A stretch of DNA of 63,147 nt, counting the filler, from Asterionella formosa (Eukaryota): the NCBI GenBank assembly GCA_002256025.1. It is 17 parts of 17 records of this genome, joined end to end, with 100 filler letters (N's around TTAATTAATTAA, not from the genome) between each part and the next. Parts side by side here need not be neighbours in the genome. Positions count along the whole stretch, not along the records: positions 1 to 21,054 come from NKIB01003126.1; positions 21,155 to 42,180 come from NKIB01003132.1; 15 more parts are not named here. The stretch is one strand, 5' to 3'. The notes beneath the pieces were generated by a model that saw only the letters and a list, made by a program, of their open reading frames with translations, searched no databases and had not been told where the DNA came from. Of the stretch, positions 12,487 to 23,367 are shown piece after piece. Made by a program: the position numbers and the translations under genes. Every line of letters starts with the position of its first letter. The first letter of the stretch is position 1.

Positions 12487-14010
12487 CTATGTTGCTTGTG
12501 AGCATCCGATGTCAAATGATCGTCGTCGCCATTGTTTAAAAACCATATGGCTTGTCATCAAATTCGTTTTCTCTGATTCATACTTGGTGGCATTTCTGAT
12601 TTTAAAAGCTCTAAGGCCTACCAAAGACGTGATTGCTGTCACGTGTGCTGCATCAGTATACCTAATTGTACCGAATAGTCTAAGCAATGATGCGGTGCTA
12701 ATGCTCGATACCTTGGTCATCTTGGACTCAATCGGAAGCAGGGAAACTTCCCACTCGAGCGCAAAGCCAGTGGACCCATCGATGCATTCAGCTTCACAGT
12801 GTTCATGATTTTCTCCCAGCCACCAAGCCCAGCATAACGGGGAGTCAAAACGTACATCTTGACATTCCTCAACTTTGTTCTTCATATCTAGCACTCCTAA
12901 GTCATCCATATAAATGCTAGTACCCATAACTGTTGGGTGATGTAACCTGTAAAAACCCTGATTTTCGTCATGCCTGCATTCAACTTGTGCTTGTTGCTTT
13001 TTCTTAGGCATAATAGCCGCCCGACAACAAACGGCACGACGGCAGATGCAAGCAGTAAATTTTCTCCCAACAGTTAGAGTCTCCATGAATATAGGAACTT
13101 CTAATAATGATGAAAGTAGTGAACCTTGTAGCCCTAAGATGTTCCATCGACAAATCTTGTCAGAACACGTATGAATCGATCCTCTATTGTACCAAACAAT
13201 ACTAGTTCCTGGCGGACACCAATCGTCCGATTGTGCGGCAGGCCAGCCCTTCAGAGGTGCTTTCGTCTCTATCCATGGATTACCTGTTTTCTCGACAGTG
13301 CTGTCCCTTTTCGTTAACAAGGCAAATTGGCCCATTTGTAATGCGTGCCCAAGAATGGGCGTGTGCTCTGGTTGGGGCCACTTGTCCACGGCAAGCTCCT
13401 CGTCGTAATTCTCCCCCAACATTTTTGAGAACTTCTTTAGTACAGCATTACCACAAGGAGCAGAACTAGAATAAAAATGCAAAGTCACCCCAGAAACTAA
13501 TTCGAAACGATGATTCCGTTCGCCCTCAACATTTCCGGTCTGAGGAGACTTCTTCAGAATCCTCCTATAACAGTCGCTGGAAGATTCAAACAAATCTACA
13601 GGGTTTCGATGAGAAAGTTCCTTCATTTCTAAGAGCAATCGCCGACGAAAAGCTCTTCTAGCCAATACTTCGGCATGACAGTCTCTCACTCGAAGTCCAT
13701 AGCCAACATATCCACAAAGTCCATCGATGCCTTCCATCGAATTGTTCAAGTCATCATCCAGTTCTTCCTTTCTAAGTATGGACTCTGCAAGAAATTTGGT
13801 TCCAACACCAAGTGAAACTACTTGAAGATGATCATCTTCCTTGAAATGAGCGACAATTGAGGCCACACAGGTTTGTCTTTGCAGCTCTCGAAAAGCTTTC
13901 GGGATTTTGGCGTGAAAAATATCCAGCGAAACGGTGGCGACTCGATCTGCAAAGCGACACGTTCCCGTTCTCCGCTTTTCGGCGTATCTCACAGCTCCCG
14001 ATTTATGCAT
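12487..14010 (-). CDS. A_deamin-family RNA adenosine deaminase (ADAT1/ADAR-type catalytic domain only)
   Basis: Motifs VVSLGVGTK, RDCHAEVLARRAF, HFYSSSAPCGNA and TCSDKICRWNILGLQGSLLS; no dsRNA-binding domain seen. Confidence 0.88.
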   Translation of the reverse strand: MHKSGAVRYAEKRRTGTCRFADRVATVSLDIFHAKIPKAFRELQRQTCVASIVAHFKEDDHLQVVSLGVGTKFLAESILRKEELDDDLNNSMEGIDGLCGYVGYGLRVRDCHAEVLARRAFRRRLLLEMKELSHRNPVDLFESSSDCYRRILKKSPQTGNVEGERNHRFELVSGVTLHFYSSSAPCGNAVLKKFSKMLGENYDEELAVDKWPQPEHTPILGHALQMGQFALLTKRDSTVEKTGNPWIETKAPLKGWPAAQSDDWCPPGTSIVWYNRGSIHTCSDKICRWNILGLQGSLLSSLLEVPIFMETLTVGRKFTACICRRAVCCRAAIMPKKKQQAQVECRHDENQGFYRLHHPTVMGTSIYMDDLGVLDMKNKVEECQDVRFDSPLCWAWWLGENHEHCEAECIDGSTGFALEWEVSLLPIESKMTKVSSISTASLLRLFGTIRYTDAAHVTAITSLVGLRAFKIRNATKYESEKTNLMTSHMVFKQWRRRSFDIGCSQAT

Positions 14011-14149
14011 CCTCGAACGATCATGAATCTCTCTAACATTCCCTTGTTCTCATTAAACGAAACCTATCATGCTTCCCCAATTGTTTTCAAGTCCATTATT
14101 TGTAATATATGTGATTTTCGAGAATACCAGTATGCAGTACAACATGAGC

Positions 14150-14310
14150 GCTATCAATGGTATTTTGAGTCACGAGAACTGTGGACTCGAATATAGTCCA
14201 AGACAATTCATCATTTGGTGCATTCCCATGTCAAGCAATTTGTTGATGAGATTGATGTTATAGATCAATCAAAAGGTGGTTTACATCAACGAAAAGGGAA
14301 TACAAAGAAC
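14150..14310 (+). repeat. Dispersed repeat; diverged inverted copy of 23105-23262
   Basis: Shares CATCAACGAAAAGGGAA, TTCCCATGTCAAG and GGACTCGA.TATAGTCCA with the reverse complement of 23105-23262. Confidence 0.8.
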
Positions 14311-14879
14311 AGGTTCTCACAGTGTGATGTGAGATATCAAGGATGTGATTGAAATTGAAGTTTTGTCCTTTAAGCTCATTTTAAGTTAAAGTAATTAACA
14401 AACAGTGAGAATTGAATAAGTAAGGTCAATAGCGAACACTAGCAAAACGGCTAGCAGCAGAAAGTAACGCCACTTTTAGTAAAAAGATGAGGTCTACATA
14501 AGGAGATATCTTCCTTTGGGAAAGAGTATGAAGCTTTTAACATCTGTTAGTAGCCAATAAGTCGTCCTGATTCTAAACAAAAATGTTTTGATATTTTTCA
14601 AATGGGTGTGTGACAATCAGCAATTGAATGACGAATGATGACAGTTTTTAGCAAAATTATTTTTAGATGAATAGCCATAAATCGGCCATTTCCTGAACTT
14701 TTCCTTTCCTGACGATGTTTTCAAGATCGATAATTGCTTATCGTAACTGGCTAACAATAGTAAATACACAAACTTAACACTATGAGTTGAGACTAAAATC
14801 ACTCTTATTTATTCACCATTATGGTTTCAACGTCTAATCGCCAATGGCAGATCCACCATAGTCATGCACAGCAGTGTTA

Positions 14880-15230
14880 CATCTAAGCCGCGTATTACGT
14901 GAAATGACCTTCACGTAAATAAGCCTAGTTGATTTTGAATGGATCACATGAATTAGTTGAATACATCAAATGCTTACTTCAATATATCTATATATTACCT
15001 GACTACACTACATTAATTATTTGATCAGAGTATCATGCAGCCATGCAATTGTTATCATCACTATATTGCTTGCGTGATCATCTTCACGTAATTATTTGAA
15101 ATACTTCAATTAATTCTGTAATTTAGTTCACATTGCCTTATAATTTTGGTCACGTCATTCCATAATATAGTTCACATAATGTATTAAATTTGTTTACGTA
15201 ATTCTGTAATTTTGTTCACATAATTTAAAA
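14880..15230 (+). mobile_element. End of a TA-flanked MITE (CATCTAAGCCGCG family)
   Basis: TA|CATCTAAGCCGCGTATTACGTGAA..., highly similar to 45949-46376 and to the reverse complement of 21155-21343. Confidence 0.8.
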
Positions 15231-16804
15231 GTACTATCAAATAATGTTGATAACTAAATTCAACTCTTTCAAATTACATGGGGAAAATCTCAATATGCAA
15301 TCAAACAAAGCTTTTCTATCAGAATGGAATCTTCAGTCTTGAGAAGGCAGGAGTTACAAGACATCTGCAAGGGCATTGCAAGACAAAGAGAAGCCGTTCA
15401 TTCAGAAGGGAAAAATTATTCACTCTTGAACAGGCATCATTGTACGAAGTTGCAACATGAATGCATCACACACTGGCTTCCTTCTTGTACTTGAAATGAC
15501 TTCTTCATTGACCTGCAAAGATTTACATAACAACAGTGTGTCAGTAATTCATATGATAGAACTAGCAACAGCAGAAAACAACACACAGATGTGGTAGTAT
15601 TCAACTATTTCTTGGGGCAGTCAGTACATTGCTTTAGTAACAGGGGAAGATCATGATCCAGATAACAACAATGAATTTTTTTACTATGACGTTTTCGCTG
15701 CTATTTCTAAGTGGGATCATAAGGCAAATATGAACTATAGTGTTTCCAGGTAAGGTTAGCTTAAATATGATTTATTTGAGGAGCAACGAAACAAGTGAAA
15801 CTGTTTCTTGGTTGAATGGGACGCATTCCCGAATCCTCGACCTTTTCTATGATCATCCTTTTCTTGCCACATAAGTGGAAGGGATAAAGACGGCTCCTGG
15901 GGGAGCATCCTCAACTTACGATGGTCCTTCATAAGTATCTTGAGACAAATGGAAATGGATGCTCGAATTCTGAACATAGGAGTGCTTGTAGTACGGAAAC
16001 TTTACTCTGTTTAAAGATCGAACATTGAAAGAAATTCTATCCTTTTCCGGATACAGTCCTTACCTGGTCAGATGATATACCGGTAGTAGAATGAAAATGA
16101 GAATTACTGCGTATCTGAGCCATGACAAAACACTTAAACTCGTATGTACCAGCTTAGAAATCATAAAATACTGGAATTAAATTCTACACACAGACACGTA
16201 TAGGAACAACGACTAATGGTATTTGTCTGTTGTCTTTGTACACATGTAATCAAAACATTTTGAGAGAGCAACAATGCTGATTCGAGTCATCAAGGAGGAG
16301 GCACATGAAAGAATTCTATCCCCAATGAGAATCACTTTCTTCTCCCCAATCATGGTATCCCTGTGATTCATCAAATTATTATAGAGATTTTTATGTCCTG
16401 GATACCTGGCAAAAATAACAAAAAACTTTCCAACCAACTCGGACAAGGGCGTCTCGTTGCAGCAATGAAATAACATCATCAAAACTTCCTTCCACACAAA
16501 CTGTCACAATCATACATGGCTTTTCATATGGTTTGCAGTTGGCAACCAACCACTATTGGACTGTCAGGCAGTCCACTGAATGGAATAGTATACTGGTAGT
16601 CTAGTTCCCATGATGCCCTTTTGATGGGGAAACGATCTGAAGATATTAACCCAACATGTGTAGTGACTAACAGTTCGAGGCAGCAAAGGAGTAACATCCA
16701 ACAGTTCCCATGATTAAAGGGACCGTGCACAAGCGTTACGTAGGGCTTAGTAACAAAATAATAAAATCAAACATAAAGATAAATATTCATTGTTGAGCTG
16801 AGAA

Positions 16805-19292
16805 TTAGTTCGTCTGAAGAAATAGCTTGCCCAATTCCAGCTTTTCAGCGTCTTCTAGACGGAAACAAGGAGTTGTAGTCCATACCTCAATATTAACAAT
16901 TTCAAATGGTGAGACATCATGTATGTGGGATAATGGGGGACTGCCAAAGGTGGCGCAATGTGAGGAAGTGCCGTGCAAGAGATCCCGATCAAGCGCCAAG
17001 CCAAATCCCCAAACGAGTCCCTCCTCCGTCTTCTCATTTATCGGAGTCCCCCCTCCGACTGCAAGCTTTTCATGAGTGCAGAGCTGGACACAATTGTTCT
17101 CGCCAGTCCAAGGGTATACGTCAAGTTCGCTTTCGAGTTGTGCCTGTTCAATGATAGAGTGACAATGTGTTCCTCGTGGTTGGCGCATTCTCCATAAAAA
17201 GGATTCTCCGGTTCCAAAGTAATTCCAGTCTTTGCGCCAGGGATCAGCAGTAAACGATCCAAAGACTTCACCATCTACAGTTTCAATTGCGATTATTGTA
17301 TATTTTGCTCCCCGCGAGTGTTGAAGAAGTGAATGCAGGGTTGCTCCATCTCGAAGGAGAGAATATTTCATCCAAAAATTGTCTTCGGAAATTGAATACG
17401 GGAAGAAGTTTTGCAAACTTTCCATAAGCGGTGGAGACAAGACGTGTGGGTGAGCATCGACGTCATCTGCAGATGTCCCCAGAATAAGGAAGGGTAGGGA
17501 ATTATTTGCTCCGTATCCGACAGCGTATTCGTCAGTAAGGACCTTCCATGCGTCAAAATGTTCGTCGCTGGCATGGCTATCCATCTCCCATGACATTTGT
17601 TCATTCTCGCAATCTTTCTTGTTCTCACCAAGAGTGTTGACTGAAGGGTTCAGAAGTGATTCTGTAGAAATAAATGGAATGGAGGGTTAATGATGCAGAG
17701 GAATCCCGCACTTTTGTGATCAACCTGAATAACTCACTTGCAGTACCTAGAAAATATGAACGCATGTCCTCTTCGGACCGACTGGTCCTCATTCCTCTGA
17801 ATATGTTGTCGTTATTGTATGCGTCGTCGTAAGATGAAGCAGTACGAAGGCTTCGTGTACTCTCATCACCCATCGAAACCATGCTTTTGAAGTTTCGAGC
17901 TGAGTTCAAGGAGTCTCTTGCGAAGGAGATAGCCTTCGAATCATCCATTTCGCTGACTTCGATACCTTCACCCAGATAATCATTATTGGAGGCCCTCTGC
18001 AACAGAACAGGGCGGATTTCTGGCTGACAAGGGTGCCTCAAAAGCTGTCCTTTTGAAAGATCCGACTTTTTGGGAATCGGAGCGGACCACGCAACATCCT
18101 CTTCTTGGCCTTCTGATTGAAAGCTACCAAGAGACGATGCTGTGATGGAATCAGAACGAATCGGGTGAGCTCGATGAAGCCCTGTCGATGTCGATCCCCT
18201 GACAGCGGACCCGTCTAGACTGGAAGCTCCTAACGTCGAAGTGGAGTCACTTCGAATTGGGTGCCCATGATGGATTGATGGAATCGAGTCTGACCGAAGC
18301 GGCCATCTACTTTGAATCAAAGTAGGAGAACCAACTTGACTCGTTTCAAGACTTAATTTCGAGTTCGACTCAAGATGTTCCATGGACATGGGACGTTCCA
18401 TTTTTCGGCTTCGACGAGGCAGCATGGGAACGACGCCTTGCCTTGCCTCTATCAGACACTCATCGTGCCCACCTTCCTTGAACGACACTGATCTCCGACT
18501 TCCATCTGAGGTAAGGCGACTCAGTGCTAACAATGGAGATATATCAATGGGAGCAATGGTCGATTTTGTTGATTCGACGGTGGATGCGTTGGCGTCACAG
18601 TCACCACGGAATATGGCATAATTTTCAGATGGATTTACCGCAGTACCGTCCACGACGAGGTTGGAATTCATGTTTATCACCAATCCAGAGCTTCGAATTG
18701 CTGCTTCACGGCGGATGTCTGAGACACGACTGAAAGATGAGCTCCTTTGCGGGGTAGACTTTCGCCGAAGGTCCGCAGCAGGGGCTAGGCCATTTTCGTG
18801 CGCTCGCCACATCTTTCCATGCCAACCAGAGTTCCGTCTTTGTTCCAGGTGCTTCTGTGCTCGTTCTGATGAGCCTCTACTGCCTTGGCTTGCATCACGC
18901 TTTAATGGTGACTCTGAATCTGGCTTGCAAAGCGAACCGATATTTAACTCGCTTTCCAAATTCACCTTGTTGTCCTGCCATGAACTTTCAAAGAAGAGAG
19001 TATGGTCGTTCAGTCTCGTTCGAGCTAGAGAAACTTCTTCATCGCTTCCTTTGGCGATAAGCTTTTCAAGAAAGTTGAGTTCTCTTGTCGTCAGGTACTT
19101 TCGCTGCTTAGCCAAATCGATTCGGAGTCCTTCCCGTGCATCCGCAATGTCCGCCGAGGAGTCCCCAATACTCCCATTACTACCTCCGAACGGAACTGGT
19201 AGAGGAGGCCGTTTACTGGTCTTGTTAGAGGACTCAGAGATCTCTCGATGAAACCCCGTTTCGCTCTTTGCGTTTTCAATAATGCTCGCCAT
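16805..19292 (-). CDS. TLDc-domain (OXR1/NCOA7-like) protein with long Ser-rich N-terminus; exons 19292-17738 and 17661-16805
   Basis: C-terminal TLDc motifs YSLLRDGATL, GEVFGSF, YFGTGESFLW, LAVGGG, GTSSHCATFGSPPL and NIEVW. The intron GTGAGT...CTACAG at 17662-17737 fuses the two ORFs into 803 aa. Confidence 0.88.
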
Positions 19293-19454
19293 GGTAATTA
19301 TTTTTGGGGATGCGATGCTGATTTTCGTTCATGCAAAAATGTTCGCTTTCCTGAAAAATATTACCGGTAAAGTAAACGTTTCATTCCTGCCTATGCCTGC
19401 TTGATGTTTATGTACTGTACATGCATACCGGTATCACCATTCGTTGCATTCTCC

Positions 19455-20180
19455 ACCTGGTACCTGGTACCAGGGTTTCGGTACCTGGTACTGCTGCAGA
19501 GACCATGAAAACAAAGTAACCTGGCATCGAAAGTGCGTACCGGTACTTTACCTGGTACTGGTACTGGTTCTGGTACTGGTACTGGTACTGATACTGATAC
19601 CGGGTACTGATACTGATACTGATACTGATACCGGACCAGATATCACCAGAACACCGTATAATGTAAGCAGCCATCATCACTTCGTCCTGTCGCTCGTGAA
19701 GTGGACAAATGAACTGATGGATAATTAATTACTGGAGAGTAGGTCCGTCATCGAACAGTTGCATTGACGGGTAAATTACTGTTTTCACTGTCACAACCGA
19801 CTGGTACTGGCAATTGTGCTTTGGTAATGCAAGCAAGGCGAAGCAATCTGCGGTTGCTCGTTAGAAAACGGTTTCAATTACGAGGCAAACACGCCGGCCG
19901 GTGACCTTCACCTGTATTGTACCGGCAAAGCTTTAATTATTAGTGTACCTGAAAGAAGCAACCAATAGCAGTCGTACTAAAGGAATCTCTAGCCACAACG
20001 TCGACTGTACCATGGTACCAGGTACCTGGTACGCAGCAAGATCGGCTTTTCGGATACTAAACACGTGCTTCTTTTGTTTCTGTTCTTGGAAAAAGTTGCT
20101 TCGTCCCCCTCTGTACTACCTGGTACCAGGTACCTGGTACCCTAATCCTGTAACCCTTACCTTCAGATACCGGTAGTACC
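19455..20180. repeat. Cluster of GGTACC-W palindrome arrays and a (CTGGTA)n/(CTGATA)n microsatellite upstream of the TLDc gene
   Basis: Palindromes at 20015-20032 and 20122-20141 (GGTACCAGGTACCTGGTACC); hexamer microsatellite at about 19552-19631. Confidence 0.8.
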
Positions 20181-20222
20181 GGTACGATGGAGGAGTCTAC
20201 ATAGGTTTAGGGGGACGAAATA

Positions 20223-20353
20223 ACTTCTTTTTCACACCCTGAATTTTAGGTCAAACCGACACCTAAAAAATGGTCGGTAAAATTATGTACACACGAGAAT
20301 GACTTCTACCTCGGGCGGACCACACCCATCCATACCTAATACAGAAAGTACTG
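20223..20353 (+). repeat. Dispersed repeat of about 130 bp, shared with 52943-53074
   Basis: TTCACACCCTGAAT...TGTACACACGAGAATGACTTCTAC.TCGGGCGGACCACACCCATCCATACC occurs at both sites. Confidence 0.85.
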
Positions 20354-20798
20354 ATAATACGTTGCAGGGCGGAGCAGTTGACAAAATTTTTTGTAACTAT
20401 AGATAGTATACACACAACATGTAAATTACGACTAACTATCACTTCATTTCAACCTCAACCAAATGATAGAATGTAGATGAAATGAATAGCTAGCTATAAG
20501 TAGCGTCAGTACTACTTGTTCTGTTGAAAATTGTTGACAACAAACATTCAACAATGGCATCATTCTTCGGTTGGCTGGCTGGTGCTTGAACCAAACTAAT
20601 TCCCTTGTTCATTTCAATAACTACTAGTAGCAATTCATTAGCGTCAAAATTTCAAAATCAGAGTTTCGATGTAAACATTATAGTCTTTAGTAGTAGATTT
20701 ATCCATACTGCTAGCTAGTTTGAATAATCTTAAACATTGTGAGTTTAGCTTCGCTCATGCACTCCTCCTTGCATCGCTCATGAAGCCTCAATATACTA

Positions 20799-21054
20799 CA
20801 TCTAAGACGCGAAATACGCCACTTTTCGAAATTTCGTCTACGTATGAGTGTTAATTATGTGGTACTTCACATGCATTAATGCCACTCTTCACGTAAAAAA
20901 GATTACTTTTAACGGTTTCATGTGAAGTTTTAACTGTTTCATGTGAAGTTTTCACAATGAATTTTGAACGCGAGACTGAATTAGTTGATGTTTCAAATAA
21001 TTCATTTGACTTTTCGAAATTTCGTTTACGTACGAGTGTTAATTATGTGGTACT
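20799..21054 (+). mobile_element. Opposite end of the CATCTAAG MITE family, running off the contig end
   Basis: TA|CATCTAAGACGCGAAATACG matches the other terminus CATCTAAGCCGCGTATTACG at 17 of 20 positions; internal 46-bp direct repeat at 20821 and 21009. Confidence 0.7.
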
Positions 21055-21154
21055 NNNNNNNNNNNNNNNNNNNNNNNNNNNNNNNNNNNNNNNNNNNNTT
21101 AATTAATTAANNNNNNNNNNNNNNNNNNNNNNNNNNNNNNNNNNNNNNNNNNNN
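21055..21154. other. Artificial contig linker (N44-TTAATTAATTAA-N44); 16 such linkers in the window
   Basis: Same linker starts at 42181, 43579, 44978, 46377, 47776, 49174, 50572, 51970, 53368, 54766, 56163, 57560, 58957, 60354 and 61751; it carries stops in all six frames. Confidence 0.98.
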
Positions 21155-21343
21155 ACGTACTATAGTGATGATCAGGAATGCATGCATGATACTCTGATCG
21201 AATAATGAACGTGATGTATTCAGATAATATATAGATATATTCAAGTAAGCATTTTGATGTATTCAACTAATTCATGTGATCCATTCAAAATCATCTAGGC
21301 TTATTTACGTGATGGTCACTTCACGTAATACGCGGCTTAGATG
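21155..21343 (-). mobile_element. CATCTAAGCCGCG MITE end in reverse orientation
   Basis: ...TTCACGTAATACGCGGCTTAGATG|TA is the reverse complement of the copies at 14880 and 45949. Confidence 0.82.
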
Positions 21344-21942
21344 TATGTATTCTATGATGCATCACATTTTATATTTTATATCATACCCTTAAATTATGTA
21401 TGTAGCCCAATTTGTCATAGTGGGCCACCCAAAATTTTAATTTGGATGATCATATTTGACTAGCGGTTTTTTGTGGCGGCTGTACCAATAATCGGCGTTG
21501 TAGATGTGCAGATATCATCTGCTCCGCAATGAATCTTCCACTAACCATTGGATTTTGTTCTACGCAAGGTAACTTTGGTGCAGTGGAGGAACTGGTAGGA
21601 AACGCTGAAGTTACTGATTCTGACATTTTGGGTGACCGTTGAAAAGGCCGATATTGTCGAATTTTTGGACGACGATAGCTCAACGTTGGCAGGGTTTGAA
21701 GAAGAGTTAAGCACATAGGTAATCTTCATATAGCCCCAGAAGTGAACTTTCGGCGATAAACTGCAAAAAGGAACTTGTGTTTTTTTACTAGGCCAAATAA
21801 TCGAGTTGGCCCGGTAAAATCCACTATTTTCTATGTATTGGTGAAAGCTCCGTTTAGCGATATACATATACGTTTGACTCGTAAGAAGTCTATGTTTGAC
21901 TACTCTGACTTAATATTATTTTTTTAATCCTACCTTGAGCTA

Positions 21943-23030
21943 GGGGTTCAAATGCAGGAACCTTGATATCGACAATCACATAATTATTTTCAAACTCACC
22001 ATTTTGATTATCCCATTTGTTCTTTCCCTTGTTCGTTTTCTTTGCTTCAACTTTCGTCCAATCGTTTTCGTTGTAGTTGTCGATTGATTGTTGTATAGCG
22101 TTCACTTGTAGTTGCTCGATTTCTATCACCGTTTGCTTGATGATCGGATTACCTTCGACATGATACATTGCTCCAAGCTTTCGAGTTGTATCTCTTTTGC
22201 AGGTCAGAAAGCCGCTCTTGTTTCGTATCGTCATCCTATCGTCCTCGAAGATCACTTGATTACCCTTGTCGATCATTCTAGAGACACTGATGATGTTCTG
22301 CTTGAACTCCGGTGCATAAAGCACATCGGTGAGTTTCAAGCGTTTTCCTTCGTCCGTAGTCATCAGGGTCATGGTACCAGAGACAGTTGATAATATCTCA
22401 CTTCCATTCCCTACCACGACTGTTTCACTCACTTGTTTCTTGTCTTCCATCATGCGCACGTCCGTGCAGATGTGAACGGTAGCAACGCTGTCTAACAACC
22501 AGCGATTTCTGACGTCACGAGCAAGGTTTACTTCCTTGTCGTAGCTAATTTCGATGCACGTGGCGACGAACATTCCTTGCTGGGTAGATGTAGTCGTGTT
22601 GTTCTCTTCGTTATTATTATTTTTAGATGCACTGTTACAAGTGCACTCACTTGCGTAGTGTCCCATGCGTTGGCACTTGAAACACTTGATTGTTATCCTC
22701 TTCTCTTTCTGCTCAGGAGTGAGCTCTTTCTGGTCGGCACTATTGCCCTTGCTGCGACAGTCAGCCGCCTTGTGGCCATACTCCACACTTACGAGAGTCA
22801 CCTTTGAACTTCCCTTTTGTGTAGAAGGCCTGTTCACTCTTGTTCTTGTTAGTCGTTTTGACGTCATCCCGGACACCATATAGATCGTAGTAGTCCCGGA
22901 TGTCTGTCTTAATCTCTTCAACCGTTAGCGTGTTGCACGCCAGGCCAAACCTTCCTACTACCAAACTCTTATAGCTTTCAGGTAGGTTGTTGATCATGTG
23001 TGCCACATAGGCACCATCCGAAACGGCGGA
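21943..23030 (-). mobile_element. Ty1/Copia gag-protease fragment (frameshifted)
   Basis: UBN2-like AHMINNLPESYKSLV; zinc knuckles (..GHKAADC and CFKCQRMGHYASEC); protease WLLDSVATVHI...VGNG...LTDVLYAP..KQNIISVS. Confidence 0.88.
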
Positions 23031-23367
23031 GCTTGTATTGCCCAATAACAATTTTCCCCTGGAGTGCACTTCGTCCATTGGTGGGACAAGGCAATGATGT
23101 TCGCCATTCTTCGTGTTCCCTTTTCGTTGATGTAAACCTTCTTCTGATTGATCTAAGACATCGATCTCGTTAACAAGCTTCTTGACATGGGAACGCACCA
23201 TTTGACTCACTGGACTATAGTCGAGTCCTCAGTCCTTGTGACTCATTATAGCCATTGATGCTTATTCTTGAAAAAGCGGAGCTTTAGAAAAGGTAAAAGA
23301 TATGAAATCGATCAAAGATGAAAATTATAAGTATAAAAGCACTGACTTAGTTTTGATTTCGTCTGAC

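Noticed and set aside
15250..16750. Gene between the deaminase and TLDc genes
   Set aside because: Only short, inconsistent ORFs with no recognisable motif; probably decayed repeat DNA.
19408..19728. ORFs with YQYQYQ or VLVLVL repeats
   Set aside because: They are translations of the hexamer microsatellite.
20799..21343. One intact MITE spanning the first gap
   Set aside because: The two ends lie on different size-sorted contigs joined by an artificial linker, so their facing arrangement is probably coincidental.
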